Under the pieces are notes generated by a model, which saw only the letters and a list, made by a program, of their open reading frames with translations, made no database searches and was not told the origin of the DNA. The position numbers and the translations under genes are program-made. Shown piece after piece: positions 52,252 to 62,934 of a stretch of 64,000 nucleotides of DNA (its first letter is position 1; the number at the start of each line of letters is the position of its first letter). The DNA comes from Tubiluchus corallicola (Eukaryota; Animalia; Priapulida), in assembly GCA_030141605.1 (NCBI GenBank), contig JAQGDQ010002395.1, positions 1 through 64,000 on the forward strand, given 5' to 3'.

Positions 52252-53587
52252 AGCACTATCTCATAAACTGTGTAAATAGAAAATGCCGAGGGTTGCAACC
52301 CTCGGCATTTTTTTGTTTAATTTTAAAACTTTAGACAGTAATGAAAAAAGAAGATTTATTAAATGATGATTTCCTTGAACAGTTTAATTCAGGGGAAGAG
52401 CTCAATGGTTTTTTACAAGAGCTCCAAAAACGAGGCATTGAAAAGATGCTTGAAGGAGAACTCGATGGTCATTTAGGCTATGATAAGAATCAAAAATCGG
52501 ATAATCAGAATGCCCGCAATGGCTATTCAGAGAAGAGAGTCCGAACCACTCTGGGAGAATCCAACATTCAGGTTCCCCGAGACCGTGATGCTTCGTTTAA
52601 TCCGATGATTGTACCCAAAGGAGGGAACATGGTCGATGGCTTAGAGAATATCATTGTTTCGTTTTATGCTAAAGGAATGAGTAATAGCGATATTGAAGAG
52701 CAAATTCGGGAGCTATACGGTTTTGAAGTTTCCACATCCACCATATCAAGGATTACCGATTCAGTCACCAACGACATTGTAGCGTGGCAGAACCGACCTC
52801 TGGAAACTGTATACCTAATTGTTTGGATGGATGGCATTGTATTTAAAGTGCGGGAGAACTCTAAGGTCGTCAACAAAACCGTTTACATTGCCGTAGGACT
52901 TCGCAGAGATGGGAAAAAAGAGGTTCTTGGCTTATGGTTGGGCAAGAGTGAGTCCGCTGCCTTTTGGATGAACGTACTTACCGATATGAAAGCCCGTGGA
53001 GTTAACGATATTCTGATTACGGCAACAGATAACTTGAATGGCTTTACAGATACTATCCGAACTGTTTTCCCTGAATCTAAAACACAAATATGTGTTGTTC
53101 ATCAAATCCGTAACGCAAGCAGATACGTGGTTTGGAAAGATAAAAAGGCATTTACAAAAGATATGAAGCAAATCTAATGCCCCTACAAAAGAGGCTGCAA
53201 AAGCAGCTTTAGAAGATTTTGCAGCAGCTTGGGAGGATAAATACTCTTACGCAATTAAAAGCTGGCGAGACAACTGGGAAGACCTAACAGTATTCTTTGA
53301 GTTTCCGCTGGAAATCATAAAGATAATTTATACAACCAACCTGATTGAGAATCTCAACGGAAAAATCAGAAAATACACAAAAAACAAACTTTCATTCCCG
53401 TCAGACCAGGCTGTAATGAAATCTGTATTTTTGGCAACCAGAGAAGCAACTAAAAAATGGTCAATGCCAATCAGAAACTGGGGCATTGTCTTGAATCAGT
53501 TCTTAGTTATATTTGAAAAAAGGGTCCAGCTATAAATAGCCAAACCCTCGGTATTTTTTTAGTTTACACACTTTGTGAAACAGTGTC
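52252..53587 (+). mobile_element. IS256-family element (1336 bp), transposase frameshifted
   Basis: Ends AGCACTATCTC...AACAGTGTC; 8-bp TSD AGATAGTG; 2-bp deletion near 53175 relative to the copy at 59320. Confidence 0.93.
52341..53535 (+). pseudogene. IS256 transposase pseudogene
   Basis: ORF stops at 53177; remaining sequence matches the 398-aa copy out of frame. Confidence 0.9.
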
Positions 53588-53622
53588 AGATAGTGCTAGA
53601 TAGTGCTTTTTTTGGAGTTTCG

Positions 53623-54120
53623 CTATTTTTCAGGCTGGCTTTTAAACTCGCGCTTCAGGTTGATCATTTTTATAGCTGTAATGGCAGCTTCGTCTCCTTT
53701 ATTTCCCAATATGCCGCCGGCGCGATCCATTGCCTGTTGCTGGTTGTCGGTTGTAAGCACTCCAAAAATAACAGGGGTATTACTGTTTAAGTTCACCTGC
53801 ATGGCTCCTTGCGTAACACCTTGGCATACAAAGTCGAAGTGGCTGGTTTCTCCACGAATTACACAGCCCAGCAATATAATGGCATCAACATTGGTATATT
53901 TTGCGAAAAACTGACCTCCCAATGCCAACTCAAAACTGCCCGGAACATGTTTAATTATAATATTATCATCACCAATACTACTCTTTTTTAGCGTTTTCAC
54001 CGCTCCTTTTAAAAGGGCACCGGTAACTTCGCTGTTCCATTCTGATACAACTATGCCAAATGTCATAAGTTCGATGTCCGGCACGGATTGTATCTCGGTA
54101 GACTTGCCTTTTGTAACCAT
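53623..54120 (-). CDS. ribH: 6,7-dimethyl-8-ribityllumazine synthase
   Basis: VVSEWN, VPGSFEL, GCVIRGETSHF, GNKGDEAA. Confidence 0.96.
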   Translation of the reverse strand: MVTKGKSTEIQSVPDIELMTFGIVVSEWNSEVTGALLKGAVKTLKKSSIGDDNIIIKHVPGSFELALGGQFFAKYTNVDAIILLGCVIRGETSHFDFVCQGVTQGAMQVNLNSNTPVIFGVLTTDNQQQAMDRAGGILGNKGDEAAITAIKMINLKREFKSQPEK

Positions 54121-54211
54121 ATTAAGAGTGTTTTTGTGTAATAGTAATCTCTCTCTTTCCCCATTTTGTTCCAGAGGGGGCCCTGTTGATATGGTATGGT
54201 AAGTTTCCGGA

Positions 54212-54907
54212 TTACTTGCTTAGCATAATATTGGTGCGTGCAATATATTTGTCTATATGCCTTCCTTCTGCAGAGTCGGGGTATTTATCCCTGATCTGTT
54301 CGTACGCCATCAGCGCTTTTTGCAGGTTGCCAATCTCCTTATATGTTACAGCAGCTTTCATCAAATAGATAGGAGAGGTGAGCTTATTATCGCTTTGTGT
54401 GGCAGCCTCCATATATAGTTTTGCTGCTTTTTCATATTCACCTATTTCGGAGTATGCATCTCCTGTAGCACCTTTTGCAACAGGTCCCAAAAGCTTATCT
54501 TTTGTGTGAAATTTTTCCAGAAATTCAATAGCGTCTTCAAACTGTCCGAGGCGCAGGAATGAAATTCCTGTGTAGTATAGCGCCAGTTTTCCTGATTTTG
54601 TATTGCCAAAGTCATCTATGATATCAAGAAATCCCGGATAATTACCATCGCCGTTAATAGCGAGGTCAAGCGAATCTTTGCTGAAGTATCGTTCGGCAAC
54701 AAACATTTGCTCACTGGCAGTTTTTTGGCGAGGAAGGGTGTAGAAACGGTGTGTAGATATTAAAATCACCACTGCTGCAACTACTATCACTAATACAGCC
54801 GTGATGGCTTTCCTATACTTTTCAAAGAGCTGTTCCGCGGAAGTTAGTGCACTTTCAACCTCTTGTAAGTTGGTGTCAATTTTACTTTTTTTGCTTGCTT
54901 TGCTCAT
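54212..54907 (-). CDS. TPR membrane protein (YfgM-like)
   Basis: N-terminal TM, AINGDGNYPGFL, TPR helices; typical recF-TPR-ribH neighbourhood. Confidence 0.85.
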   Translation of the reverse strand: MSKASKKSKIDTNLQEVESALTSAEQLFEKYRKAITAVLVIVVAAVVILISTHRFYTLPRQKTASEQMFVAERYFSKDSLDLAINGDGNYPGFLDIIDDFGNTKSGKLALYYTGISFLRLGQFEDAIEFLEKFHTKDKLLGPVAKGATGDAYSEIGEYEKAAKLYMEAATQSDNKLTSPIYLMKAAVTYKEIGNLQKALMAYEQIRDKYPDSAEGRHIDKYIARTNIMLSK

Positions 54908-55379
54908 ATTCTGATTCAAATACTTTTTTAAAATAGTTGTGATAGGGACAAAAGTATATCTTTTTGCCGAACAGATTTCTATTTTTTCCATATAATTTTA
55001 CGGAGCTACCAGATTGAAAATAAAGTTTTAAATATGTTTATTTAAAAAGAGCCCTTTGCAAGGCGAAATATTTTGACTCTGATTTAGGAAAAATTGAATA
55101 ATAAATCACTCCTTGTCACTGCGAATTATGGGATTGGTGAAATATAAATTGGTGAAAAGATGGGTTTTACAAAGAGTCTCTCAATGGGCGATATCATAGT
55201 CGCGGTACGAGATGGTGAGATAGCGAGGGTAACGGACAGCTGGCGCAGCTTAATACTTATTGATAAGTTCCTGATAAGAAAAATATGGGTATATTGCCGA
55301 AAGCGGTTATTTTTGGCCAAAATGTATAGATGTAAGGTTTAGCTTTTGTTGCTCAACACTGGAAATTATCATTGTTTTT

Positions 55380-56486
55380 ATGCATATAAGTGAGTTATCT
55401 GTTGTCAATTACAAAAATATTACTGAAGCCAGGCTACAGCTTTCTTCAAAGCTGAATTGCTTTATTGGTAATAACGGAGTTGGCAAGACCAATCTTCTTG
55501 ATTGTATCTACTACCTTTCGTTTTGCAGGAGTTATTTCAACGCTTCCGATATTTACAATATAAAGCATGGGGAGGAGTTTTTTATTCTGCAGGGTAGGTA
55601 CATGAAGGGAGAGGATGGGGAAGAGGAGGTACATTGCGGGTTGAAGAGGGGGCAGAGGAAGAGGTTTCGCCGCAATAAGAAGGAGTATCAGAGGCTATTG
55701 GAGCATATTGGTGTATTGCCACTTGTCATGGTTTCCCCATCCGATGTACAGCTTATTCTTGGAGGAAGCGAGGAGCGCAGAAAGTTTATGGACAATGTGA
55801 TATCCCAGTCTGACCGTACCTACCTTAGTTGGCTGGTGAGGTATAATAGAGCTGTTTTGCAGAGGAACAGCCTACTTAAACATTTTGCAAAGAATCATGT
55901 TTTTGACGCAGCTGGCTTGGAGGTGTGGGATGAGCAGCTTGTAGCTTTTGGAGAAAAGATATATAAAAAGAGAACAGAGTTTCTTTCGGATTTATTACCG
56001 GTATTTCAGAAGTATTACCAGCTTGTTTCTAAGGGAGGTGAAGAGGTCTCTCTTAAATATTTATCACAACTGGAGAGTGGCGGGTTCAGGGACATGTTGA
56101 GAGAGGCTCTTCCTAAAGACAGGATATTGCAATATACTTCAACGGGAGTCCACAAGGATGACTTGGATTTAAAACTGGGTGGTTACCCCATAAAAAAGCT
56201 GGGTTCACAGGGTCAAAAAAAGACATATCTTATTTCGTTGAAATTGGCGCAGTTTGAGTTTATAAGCTCGGTGAGTGGGGCAAAGCCTATACTGCTTTTG
56301 GATGATATTTTCGATAAGCTTGACAGTGAAAGAGTAGAGCAGATTGTAAGCCTTGTCTCCGGAAACACCTTCGGGCAGATATTTATTACTGATACAAATA
56401 GAGAGCATCTTGACAGTATTATATCCAGCTCGTTGGACGATTACAAGATATTTAATGTTACAGGCAGCGGGGTAGTTAGTGGTTGA
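55380..56486 (+). CDS. recF: DNA replication/repair protein RecF
   Basis: GNNGVGKTN, GSQGQKK, LLLDDIFDKLD. Confidence 0.96.
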   Translation: MHISELSVVNYKNITEARLQLSSKLNCFIGNNGVGKTNLLDCIYYLSFCRSYFNASDIYNIKHGEEFFILQGRYMKGEDGEEEVHCGLKRGQRKRFRRNKKEYQRLLEHIGVLPLVMVSPSDVQLILGGSEERRKFMDNVISQSDRTYLSWLVRYNRAVLQRNSLLKHFAKNHVFDAAGLEVWDEQLVAFGEKIYKKRTEFLSDLLPVFQKYYQLVSKGGEEVSLKYLSQLESGGFRDMLREALPKDRILQYTSTGVHKDDLDLKLGGYPIKKLGSQGQKKTYLISLKLAQFEFISSVSGAKPILLLDDIFDKLDSERVEQIVSLVSGNTFGQIFITDTNREHLDSIISSSLDDYKIFNVTGSGVVSG

Positions 56487-56506
56487 ATACAAAAAATGTA
56501 TTGAAA

Positions 56507-56797
56507 ATGCGCAGGAATAAAGCGGTGAAGTTTGGTAATGTTATGAAGGATCTCTTAAAAGAGACTGGAATAGAGGAGAAGCTATCTGATGCCAGGAGTG
56601 TGAGCGCGTGGAGTGAGGTGGTAGGAGAGGTTATTGTAAAGGCAACAAGGAGTATTTATATTAGGAATGGTGTACTCTATGTGCATCTCTCTTCTTCAGT
56701 GGTACGGAATGAACTGTTTATGATGCGACAAAGAATAATAAGTGATATAAACAGCAAGCCCGGTGTAAGCAAGATAAAGGCAATAGTTTTGAAGTAG
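56507..56797 (+). CDS. DUF721 (DciA-like) protein
   Basis: WSEVVG, GVLYVHLSSSVVRNEL; follows recF. Confidence 0.88.
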   Translation: MRRNKAVKFGNVMKDLLKETGIEEKLSDARSVSAWSEVVGEVIVKATRSIYIRNGVLYVHLSSSVVRNELFMMRQRIISDINSKPGVSKIKAIVLK

Positions 56798-56885
56798 GTG
56801 CGGAGGCAGAGGGTATAGTGTACCTTTCGGTGTTTTATTAGAGGCAGCAAACAAGTATAGTAGATGGGTGTTTTAAAGGATATAT

Positions 56886-59288
56886 ATGGATAATGGTGTG
56901 AGAAAAGTTGGTGTTCTTCGTTTTATTATTTTGCTTCCCCTGTTTTTGGGAGCGCTGATAATTGTAGTTTTTTTTTCATGTGTCGGCCGTGGAGGGAGGA
57001 GTACCGGGCATACTGAGCCTGATGTTTATGCAGGATCGGAAAGCTGTAAAGAGTGTCATGAGGAGTTTTACCGCCTGTGGTCGACATCGCACCATGGTAA
57101 AGCGATGCAGCCGCTAGATGAGAGTTTTACTTCCGACAAGGTTCCCGAGATGAGAGAGTGGCAAGAGGTTGAGGGTGGGGAGTTTAGGATAGTGAAGCGC
57201 GAAGGGAAGTTATTATATGAGGAGCGTACCGGAGATAGTATTAACGTTTATGAGGCTGTTCATGCTATGGGTGGCAAGAATATTTTCTATTTTCTTACAC
57301 CACTGGATAAGGGTAGGCTACAGGTGCTACCTTTGGCTTATGACCTTAATCGGGAAGAGTGGTACAATACCCAGGAGAGTGCTGTCAGGCACTTTGTAGA
57401 GGTAGTGGAAGATGAGGCACTACCGTGGAAGCATTATCTGTATACGTTTAATACAACTTGTCACAGCTGTCACGTTAGCCAGCTGGAAAATAATTATGAT
57501 CTGGAGTCCGGCACCTATTTTACTACATGGAGGGAACCCGGTATCAACTGTGAGGCGTGTCATGGCCCGTCAAGGGAGCATGTCGATGTTTTTCGCAATG
57601 CGAAGGATGGAGAGCATCCTGATGACTGGAAGATATTGTTGACATCAAAGTTTACAACGGAGCAGCACAATTCGACATGTTCATCATGCCATGCGAAAAT
57701 GTCGCCGGTTACAGCCCATTATCAGCCGGGTGAGGAGTTTTACGATCATTTTAATCTTGTAACCCTAGACAATATTGATTATTACCCCGACGGTCGTGAT
57801 CTGGGCGAGAATTATACTTACACGAGCTGGAGTCAGAGCCCTTGTGTTCAGGCAGGAGCGGAGTTTCATTGTGTTACGTGTCACACCTCATCGGGGCGTT
57901 ATCGTTTTGCCGAGGAGGACCACAATAATGCATGTATGCCGTGTCATCAAAGTAAGGTGGAGAATATAGAGGCTCATTCATACCATCCGGCAGATAGTAA
58001 GGCGGGGCAGTGTGTGGCGTGCCACATGCCAAAGACCGAGTTTGCCAGAATGGTGCGTAGCGATCACTCTATGCGTCCGCCTATGCCTGCCGCAAGTGTT
58101 GAATTTGGTTCCCCAAACGCGTGTAATATTTGTCATGAAGGCAGAGATGCTGCTTGGGCAGACAGGGTGGTGCGTAAGCGGTATAAAAAGGATTATCAGG
58201 CTTCGGTGGTTTATGTTGGTAAGCTGATAAAGGAGGCGAGAGATAATGATTTTAGCAGGGTAGGGGAGATGCTGAGCTATATAAAAGAGAATGCAGACAA
58301 GGAGGTGTACACAGCGTCGTTAATAAGGTTGGTTGCCCGCGCTACTGATGATAGCAAGTGGGATGTTTTCAGGGATATGCTGTCTGCTGCCGAGTCGCCA
58401 CTGGTTAGGATAGCTGCTGCTGAGGGGCTTGCTTCCGATTTTTCGCCGAAAAGTAAAAGTGTACTGTTAAGAGCATTAGATGACAGATATATGGCTGTGC
58501 GCATGGCTGCTATTTCATCATTAACACTTTACCCCCGAAGCTCTTTTTCACGGGCGGAGCTTTTAAAGCTTACTCCTTGTTTTGAGGATTATGAGGAGTT
58601 GCTTACTGCACGTATTGACGAGTGGTCGGCACACTATAATCTGGGTAACTTTTATACTCAGCAGGAGCGGTTTGATGAAGCGCTGTCTGCTTACAATATT
58701 TCGGCTGGGTTAAATCCGGAAGCGGTGCCTTCATTAGTGAATGCGGGATATGTTTATGGTCTGGTTGGCGACTACGCCACAGCAGAAAAGAGGCTTGTAC
58801 AGGCTCTTGTGGTTGCTCCTGATAATGAGGCTGCAAATCTTAACTATGCCCTTTTGCTGGGTGAGCAGGGACGCATGGGTGAGGCTGAGACTGTATATCG
58901 CAAGCTTATGGAGATAAACCCCAAGTCGGTTACTGCCGCATACAACCTTGCCGTTATTCTATCCAAACAGAACATAGATGAGGCTCTGGTCTTTAGCGAG
59001 CTTGCTGCCCGGCATGATTCGGACAACAGTCGTTACAGCTATACATACGCCTATTTCCTTTTGCAGGCCAATAAAGGTTTGGAGGCTGAGAAGGTATTGC
59101 TACAGCTGATAAGCGATTTTCCGGATTATGGAGACGCGTATGCGCTGCTTGCCAACTACTATCTGGAATCCGGTAGTGTAGACAAGGCAAAGAGTGTCTA
59201 TACTAAAGCGTTGGAAGAGCAGAGTATTCCTGAAAGTGTAAAGCAGGCATTTGCTCGTAGCTTATTGCAGCTTAACGGTAGCAGGTAA
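56886..59288 (+). CDS. Multiheme (8x CxxCH) cytochrome c with HEAT and TPR repeats
   Basis: CKECH, CHSCH, CEACH, CSSCH, CVTCH, CMPCH, CVACH, CNICH; signal/lipobox-like FFSC; C-terminal TPRs. Confidence 0.9.
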   Translation: MDNGVRKVGVLRFIILLPLFLGALIIVVFFSCVGRGGRSTGHTEPDVYAGSESCKECHEEFYRLWSTSHHGKAMQPLDESFTSDKVPEMREWQEVEGGEFRIVKREGKLLYEERTGDSINVYEAVHAMGGKNIFYFLTPLDKGRLQVLPLAYDLNREEWYNTQESAVRHFVEVVEDEALPWKHYLYTFNTTCHSCHVSQLENNYDLESGTYFTTWREPGINCEACHGPSREHVDVFRNAKDGEHPDDWKILLTSKFTTEQHNSTCSSCHAKMSPVTAHYQPGEEFYDHFNLVTLDNIDYYPDGRDLGENYTYTSWSQSPCVQAGAEFHCVTCHTSSGRYRFAEEDHNNACMPCHQSKVENIEAHSYHPADSKAGQCVACHMPKTEFARMVRSDHSMRPPMPAASVEFGSPNACNICHEGRDAAWADRVVRKRYKKDYQASVVYVGKLIKEARDNDFSRVGEMLSYIKENADKEVYTASLIRLVARATDDSKWDVFRDMLSAAESPLVRIAAAEGLASDFSPKSKSVLLRALDDRYMAVRMAAISSLTLYPRSSFSRAELLKLTPCFEDYEELLTARIDEWSAHYNLGNFYTQQERFDEALSAYNISAGLNPEAVPSLVNAGYVYGLVGDYATAEKRLVQALVVAPDNEAANLNYALLLGEQGRMGEAETVYRKLMEINPKSVTAAYNLAVILSKQNIDEALVFSELAARHDSDNSRYSYTYAYFLLQANKGLEAEKVLLQLISDFPDYGDAYALLANYYLESGSVDKAKSVYTKALEEQSIPESVKQAFARSLLQLNGSR

Positions 59289-59319
59289 TAACGAGCTCTT
59301 CGCAAAGTTCACGTTTTAT

Positions 59320-60657
59320 GACACTGTTTCACAAAGTGTGTAAACTAAAAAAATACCGAGGGTTTGGCTATTTATAGCTGGACCCTTTTTTCAAATATAA
59401 CTAAGAACTGATTCAAGACAATGCCCCAGTTTCTGATTGGCATTGACCATTTTTTAGTTGCTTCTCTGGTTGCCAAAAATACAGATTTCATTACAGCCTG
59501 GTCTGACGGGAATGAAAGTTTGTTTTTTGTGTATTTTCTGATTTTTCCGTTGAGATTCTCAATCAGGTTGGTTGTATAAATTATCTTTATGATTTCCAGC
59601 GGAAACTCAAAGAATACGGTTAGATCTTCCCAGTTGTCTCGCCAGCTTTTAATTGCGTAAGAGTATTTATCCTCCCAAGCTGCTGCAAAATCTTCTAAAG
59701 CTGCTTTTGCAGCCTCTTTTGTATGGGCGTTATAGATTTGCTTCATATCTTTTGTAAATGCCTTTTTATCTTTCCAAACCACGTATCTGCTTGCGTTACG
59801 GATTTGATGAACAACACATATTTGTGTTTTAGATTCAGGGAAAACAGTTCGGATAGTATCTGTAAAGCCATTCAAGTTATCTGTTGCCGTAATCAGGATA
59901 TCGTTAACTCCACGGGCTTTCATATCGGTAAGTACGTTCATCCAAAAGGCAGCGGACTCACTCTTGCCCAACCATAAGCCAAGAACCTCTTTTTTCCCAT
60001 CTCTGCGAAGTCCTACGGCAATGTAAACGGTTTTGTTGACGACCTTAGAGTTCTCCCGCACTTTAAATACAATGCCATCCATCCAAACAATTAGGTATAC
60101 AATTTCCAGAGGTCGGTTCTGCCACGCTACAATGTCGTTGGTGACTGAATCGGTAATCCTTGATATGGTGGATGTAGAAACTTCAAAACCGTATAGCTCC
60201 CGAATTTGCTCTTCAATATCGCTATTACTCATTCCTTTAGCATAAAACGAAACAATGATATTCTCTAAGCCATCGACCATGTTCCCTCCTTTGGGTACAA
60301 TCATCGGATTAAACGAAGCATCACGGTCTCGGGGAACCTGAATGTTGGATTCTCCCAGAGTGGTTCGGACTCTCTTCTCTGAATAGCCATTGCGGGCATT
60401 CTGATTATTCGATTTTTGATTCTTATCATAGCCTAAATGACCATCGAGTTCTCCTTCAAGCATCTTTTCAATGCCTCGTTTTTGGAGCTCTTGTAAAAAA
60501 CCATTGAGCTCTTCCCCTGAATTAAACTGTTCAAGGAAATCATCATTTAATAAATCTTCTTTTTTCATTACTGTCTAAAGTTTTAAAATTAAACAAAAAA
60601 ATGCCGAGGGTTGCAACCCTCGGCATTTTCTATTTACACAGTTTATGAGATAGTGCT
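59320..60657 (-). mobile_element. IS256-family element (1338 bp), intact ORF
   Basis: Same ends as 52252-53587; 8-bp TSD CGTTTTAT. Confidence 0.95.
59372..60568 (-). CDS. IS256 family transposase
   Basis: RNGY, VPRDR, WMDGI, TDNLNG, QICVVH, YTTNLIE. Confidence 0.95.
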   Translation of the reverse strand: MKKEDLLNDDFLEQFNSGEELNGFLQELQKRGIEKMLEGELDGHLGYDKNQKSNNQNARNGYSEKRVRTTLGESNIQVPRDRDASFNPMIVPKGGNMVDGLENIIVSFYAKGMSNSDIEEQIRELYGFEVSTSTISRITDSVTNDIVAWQNRPLEIVYLIVWMDGIVFKVRENSKVVNKTVYIAVGLRRDGKKEVLGLWLGKSESAAFWMNVLTDMKARGVNDILITATDNLNGFTDTIRTVFPESKTQICVVHQIRNASRYVVWKDKKAFTKDMKQIYNAHTKEAAKAALEDFAAAWEDKYSYAIKSWRDNWEDLTVFFEFPLEIIKIIYTTNLIENLNGKIRKYTKNKLSFPSDQAVMKSVFLATREATKKWSMPIRNWGIVLNQFLVIFEKRVQL

Positions 60658-60749
60658 CGTTTTATTAGCACTTTTATCAGGATTCTTTTTTAAGCCATCA
60701 TTTTTGGACAGCCTCTTTGTGCGACTATTGAGCAGTGAAAAAGTTTTGA

Positions 60750-61742
60750 CTAATCGTTGACATCCTCTTCTGTATCCTGTCTGTCATCATCTGCAATTGA
60801 TTCCCTCATAAAGGTGTCAGCGCCTATATTTTTGTATTTCATATAGTCCATGACACCAAGGTTGCCACTCTTAAACGCTGTTGATATTGCTAAAGGAACC
60901 TGAGCTTCCGCTTCAATTACTTTTGCGCGTGCCTCCTGAGCTTTCGCCCGCATTTCCTGCTCTAGAGCGACTGCCATTGCGCGACGTTCCTCTGCTTTTG
61001 CCTGAGCTATGTTTTTATCTGCATCTGCCTGATCCATTTGAAGGACCGCCCCTATATTTTTACCAATATCAATATCTGCAATATCAATAGATAGTATTTC
61101 AAATGCTGTTCCTGCATCCAACCCTTTTTCTAGCACCAATTTTGATATTGAGTCGGGGTTCTCCAGCACCTCTTTGTGGGAATATGAGGATCCAATTGAG
61201 GATACGATACCTTCTCCCACTCTTGCCAAGATGGTCTCTTCTCCTGCTCCTCCGACAAGCTGCTTGATGTTTGCCCTTACTGTTACACGAGCTTTGCAAA
61301 TAAGCTGTATTCCATCTTTGGCAACGGCTGTAACTGGGGGCGTGTCAATGACTTTTGGGTTTACTGACATTTGAACAGCCTGAAACACATCTCTTCCCGC
61401 CAAATCAATTGCTGTGGCCATGTTAAAAGACAAGTCAATATTGGCTTTTTCGGCGGATACGAGAGCATGAACAACGCTTTCAACCCGTCCCCCCGCAAGG
61501 TAATGAGCCTCCAGTTGATCCCGCATTACCGCTTTCAGCCCGGCCTTATGTGCTTCTATCATCGCTCTTGTAATAGTACCGGGAGGAACCTTCCTGAATC
61601 TCATTAGAAAAAGTTGCAGTATTGATATGTTAACTCCTGAAACAAGAGCAGAGAACCATAACCCTATCGGGATAAGGTAAACAAACAGCATCAGGAGTAC
61701 AATTATCCCTACAAAAATTCCAATAATACTTGCCATGTCCAT
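60750..61742 (-). CDS. floA: Flotillin-like protein FloA (YqfA)
   Basis: [49 protein letters not shown]. Confidence 0.95.
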   Translation of the reverse strand: MDMASIIGIFVGIIVLLMLFVYLIPIGLWFSALVSGVNISILQLFLMRFRKVPPGTITRAMIEAHKAGLKAVMRDQLEAHYLAGGRVESVVHALVSAEKANIDLSFNMATAIDLAGRDVFQAVQMSVNPKVIDTPPVTAVAKDGIQLICKARVTVRANIKQLVGGAGEETILARVGEGIVSSIGSSYSHKEVLENPDSISKLVLEKGLDAGTAFEILSIDIADIDIGKNIGAVLQMDQADADKNIAQAKAEERRAMAVALEQEMRAKAQEARAKVIEAEAQVPLAISTAFKSGNLGVMDYMKYKNIGADTFMRESIADDDRQDTEEDVND

Positions 61743-61745
61743 AGT

Positions 61746-62222
61746 TTATCGACTTTTTATTTGTTTAATAACTAATTGATTTTTTAGCACTTTAATTACT
61801 TTTACCCTCTCTCCTGCATCAATCAGGTTTCCGGAGGTTTTACCTTCATACACATTGTTGTCTACCAATATCTTCCCTATAGGTGCCAGCCTTGTTAATG
61901 CAACACCTCTGTCTCCCTGCTTTACAGCCTGCTTGTCTATTTGAGCTGCTTTGCCTGTAATAGCAGAGCTTAGTCTCATTTTTTTTCCCAACCTGCCTTT
62001 AAAGAAGCGGTAGAAAATGATCGGGGTTACTATTGTGACAAGAAGCAATGCAAGAACACCTCCCCATATGCCATAGTTGACAAAAGCCAAGTATGTACTA
62101 TACACAAATAATCCCCCCCCTGCAATTCCGAAAACAGTCACACCGGGAATAACCGCAAGCTCTATAATGAGTAGCACAGCTCCCAGAAGAATAAGTCCCA
62201 ATATTATAACAATAGAGTTCAT
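61746..62222 (-). CDS. NfeD family protein
   Basis: N-terminal TMs, GVALTRLAPIG OB-fold tail; upstream of floA. Confidence 0.88.
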   Translation of the reverse strand: MNSIVIILGLILLGAVLLIIELAVIPGVTVFGIAGGGLFVYSTYLAFVNYGIWGGVLALLLVTIVTPIIFYRFFKGRLGKKMRLSSAITGKAAQIDKQAVKQGDRGVALTRLAPIGKILVDNNVYEGKTSGNLIDAGERVKVIKVLKNQLVIKQIKSR

Positions 62223-62248
62223 ACAAGAAGATTAGAGTTAAAATCACA

Positions 62249-62524
62249 TCATCTAATTTCAACGTTGAGGCCGTATGCACCAAGTGCGTTCTCCATAGGG
62301 GCCAAATTCTCTTTTAACCCCTCTTTGATTATGCACTCACCCTTGTAGTGTGCAATATATGTGCATTGCGACGCCTGAGTTGTATCGTGGTTACATACCT
62401 TTGATAATGTATTAGCTACATGGTCAAAAGTGTTATAGTTATCATTGTAGAGTACAAGATACCTGTTTCTGGGTTCAATACTTCTGTTTACTTCTTTATC
62501 ACTCTTTTTTTCCTTAATAGTCAT
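62249..62524 (-). CDS. clpS: ATP-dependent Clp protease adaptor ClpS
   Basis: LVLYNDNYNTFDHV, QASQC..IAHYKG. Confidence 0.9.
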   Translation of the reverse strand: MTIKEKKSDKEVNRSIEPRNRYLVLYNDNYNTFDHVANTLSKVCNHDTTQASQCTYIAHYKGECIIKEGLKENLAPMENALGAYGLNVEIR

Positions 62525-62934
62525 AAATATTAATATTTAATGTTGCTTTATTACTGACTATTGCCCTATTGTCGAGGCGTTGCTGCAAGGTAGTAATAAA
62601 AAATTGTTACCCCAAATTAATTTTGTCGGTTTGTTTTAAATCAGACATTTAATTGGCGGTGATTTACTTTCAGCAGGGGTATGTGAGGCTTTGTTTAACA
62701 GAACTGAGGCTCCTGTGAGCACACTTTTTTATTAATACTATTTTTTCTTCAGATCTTTTTATTTATATCGGAATTACGGTTGGTTCTCTCTTCATCGTTA
62801 TAATCAATTTTTTTGTTTTGCAAGAGCCCCGGCTTGATTTTGCCCATCGTGGGTGTAATTTTATATTTTTGTTTATTCGAGGCTGTAAAAAGTAGTTTTT
62901 TAAACTCGGTATTAATCCCGGAGGGCAGAGTCAA

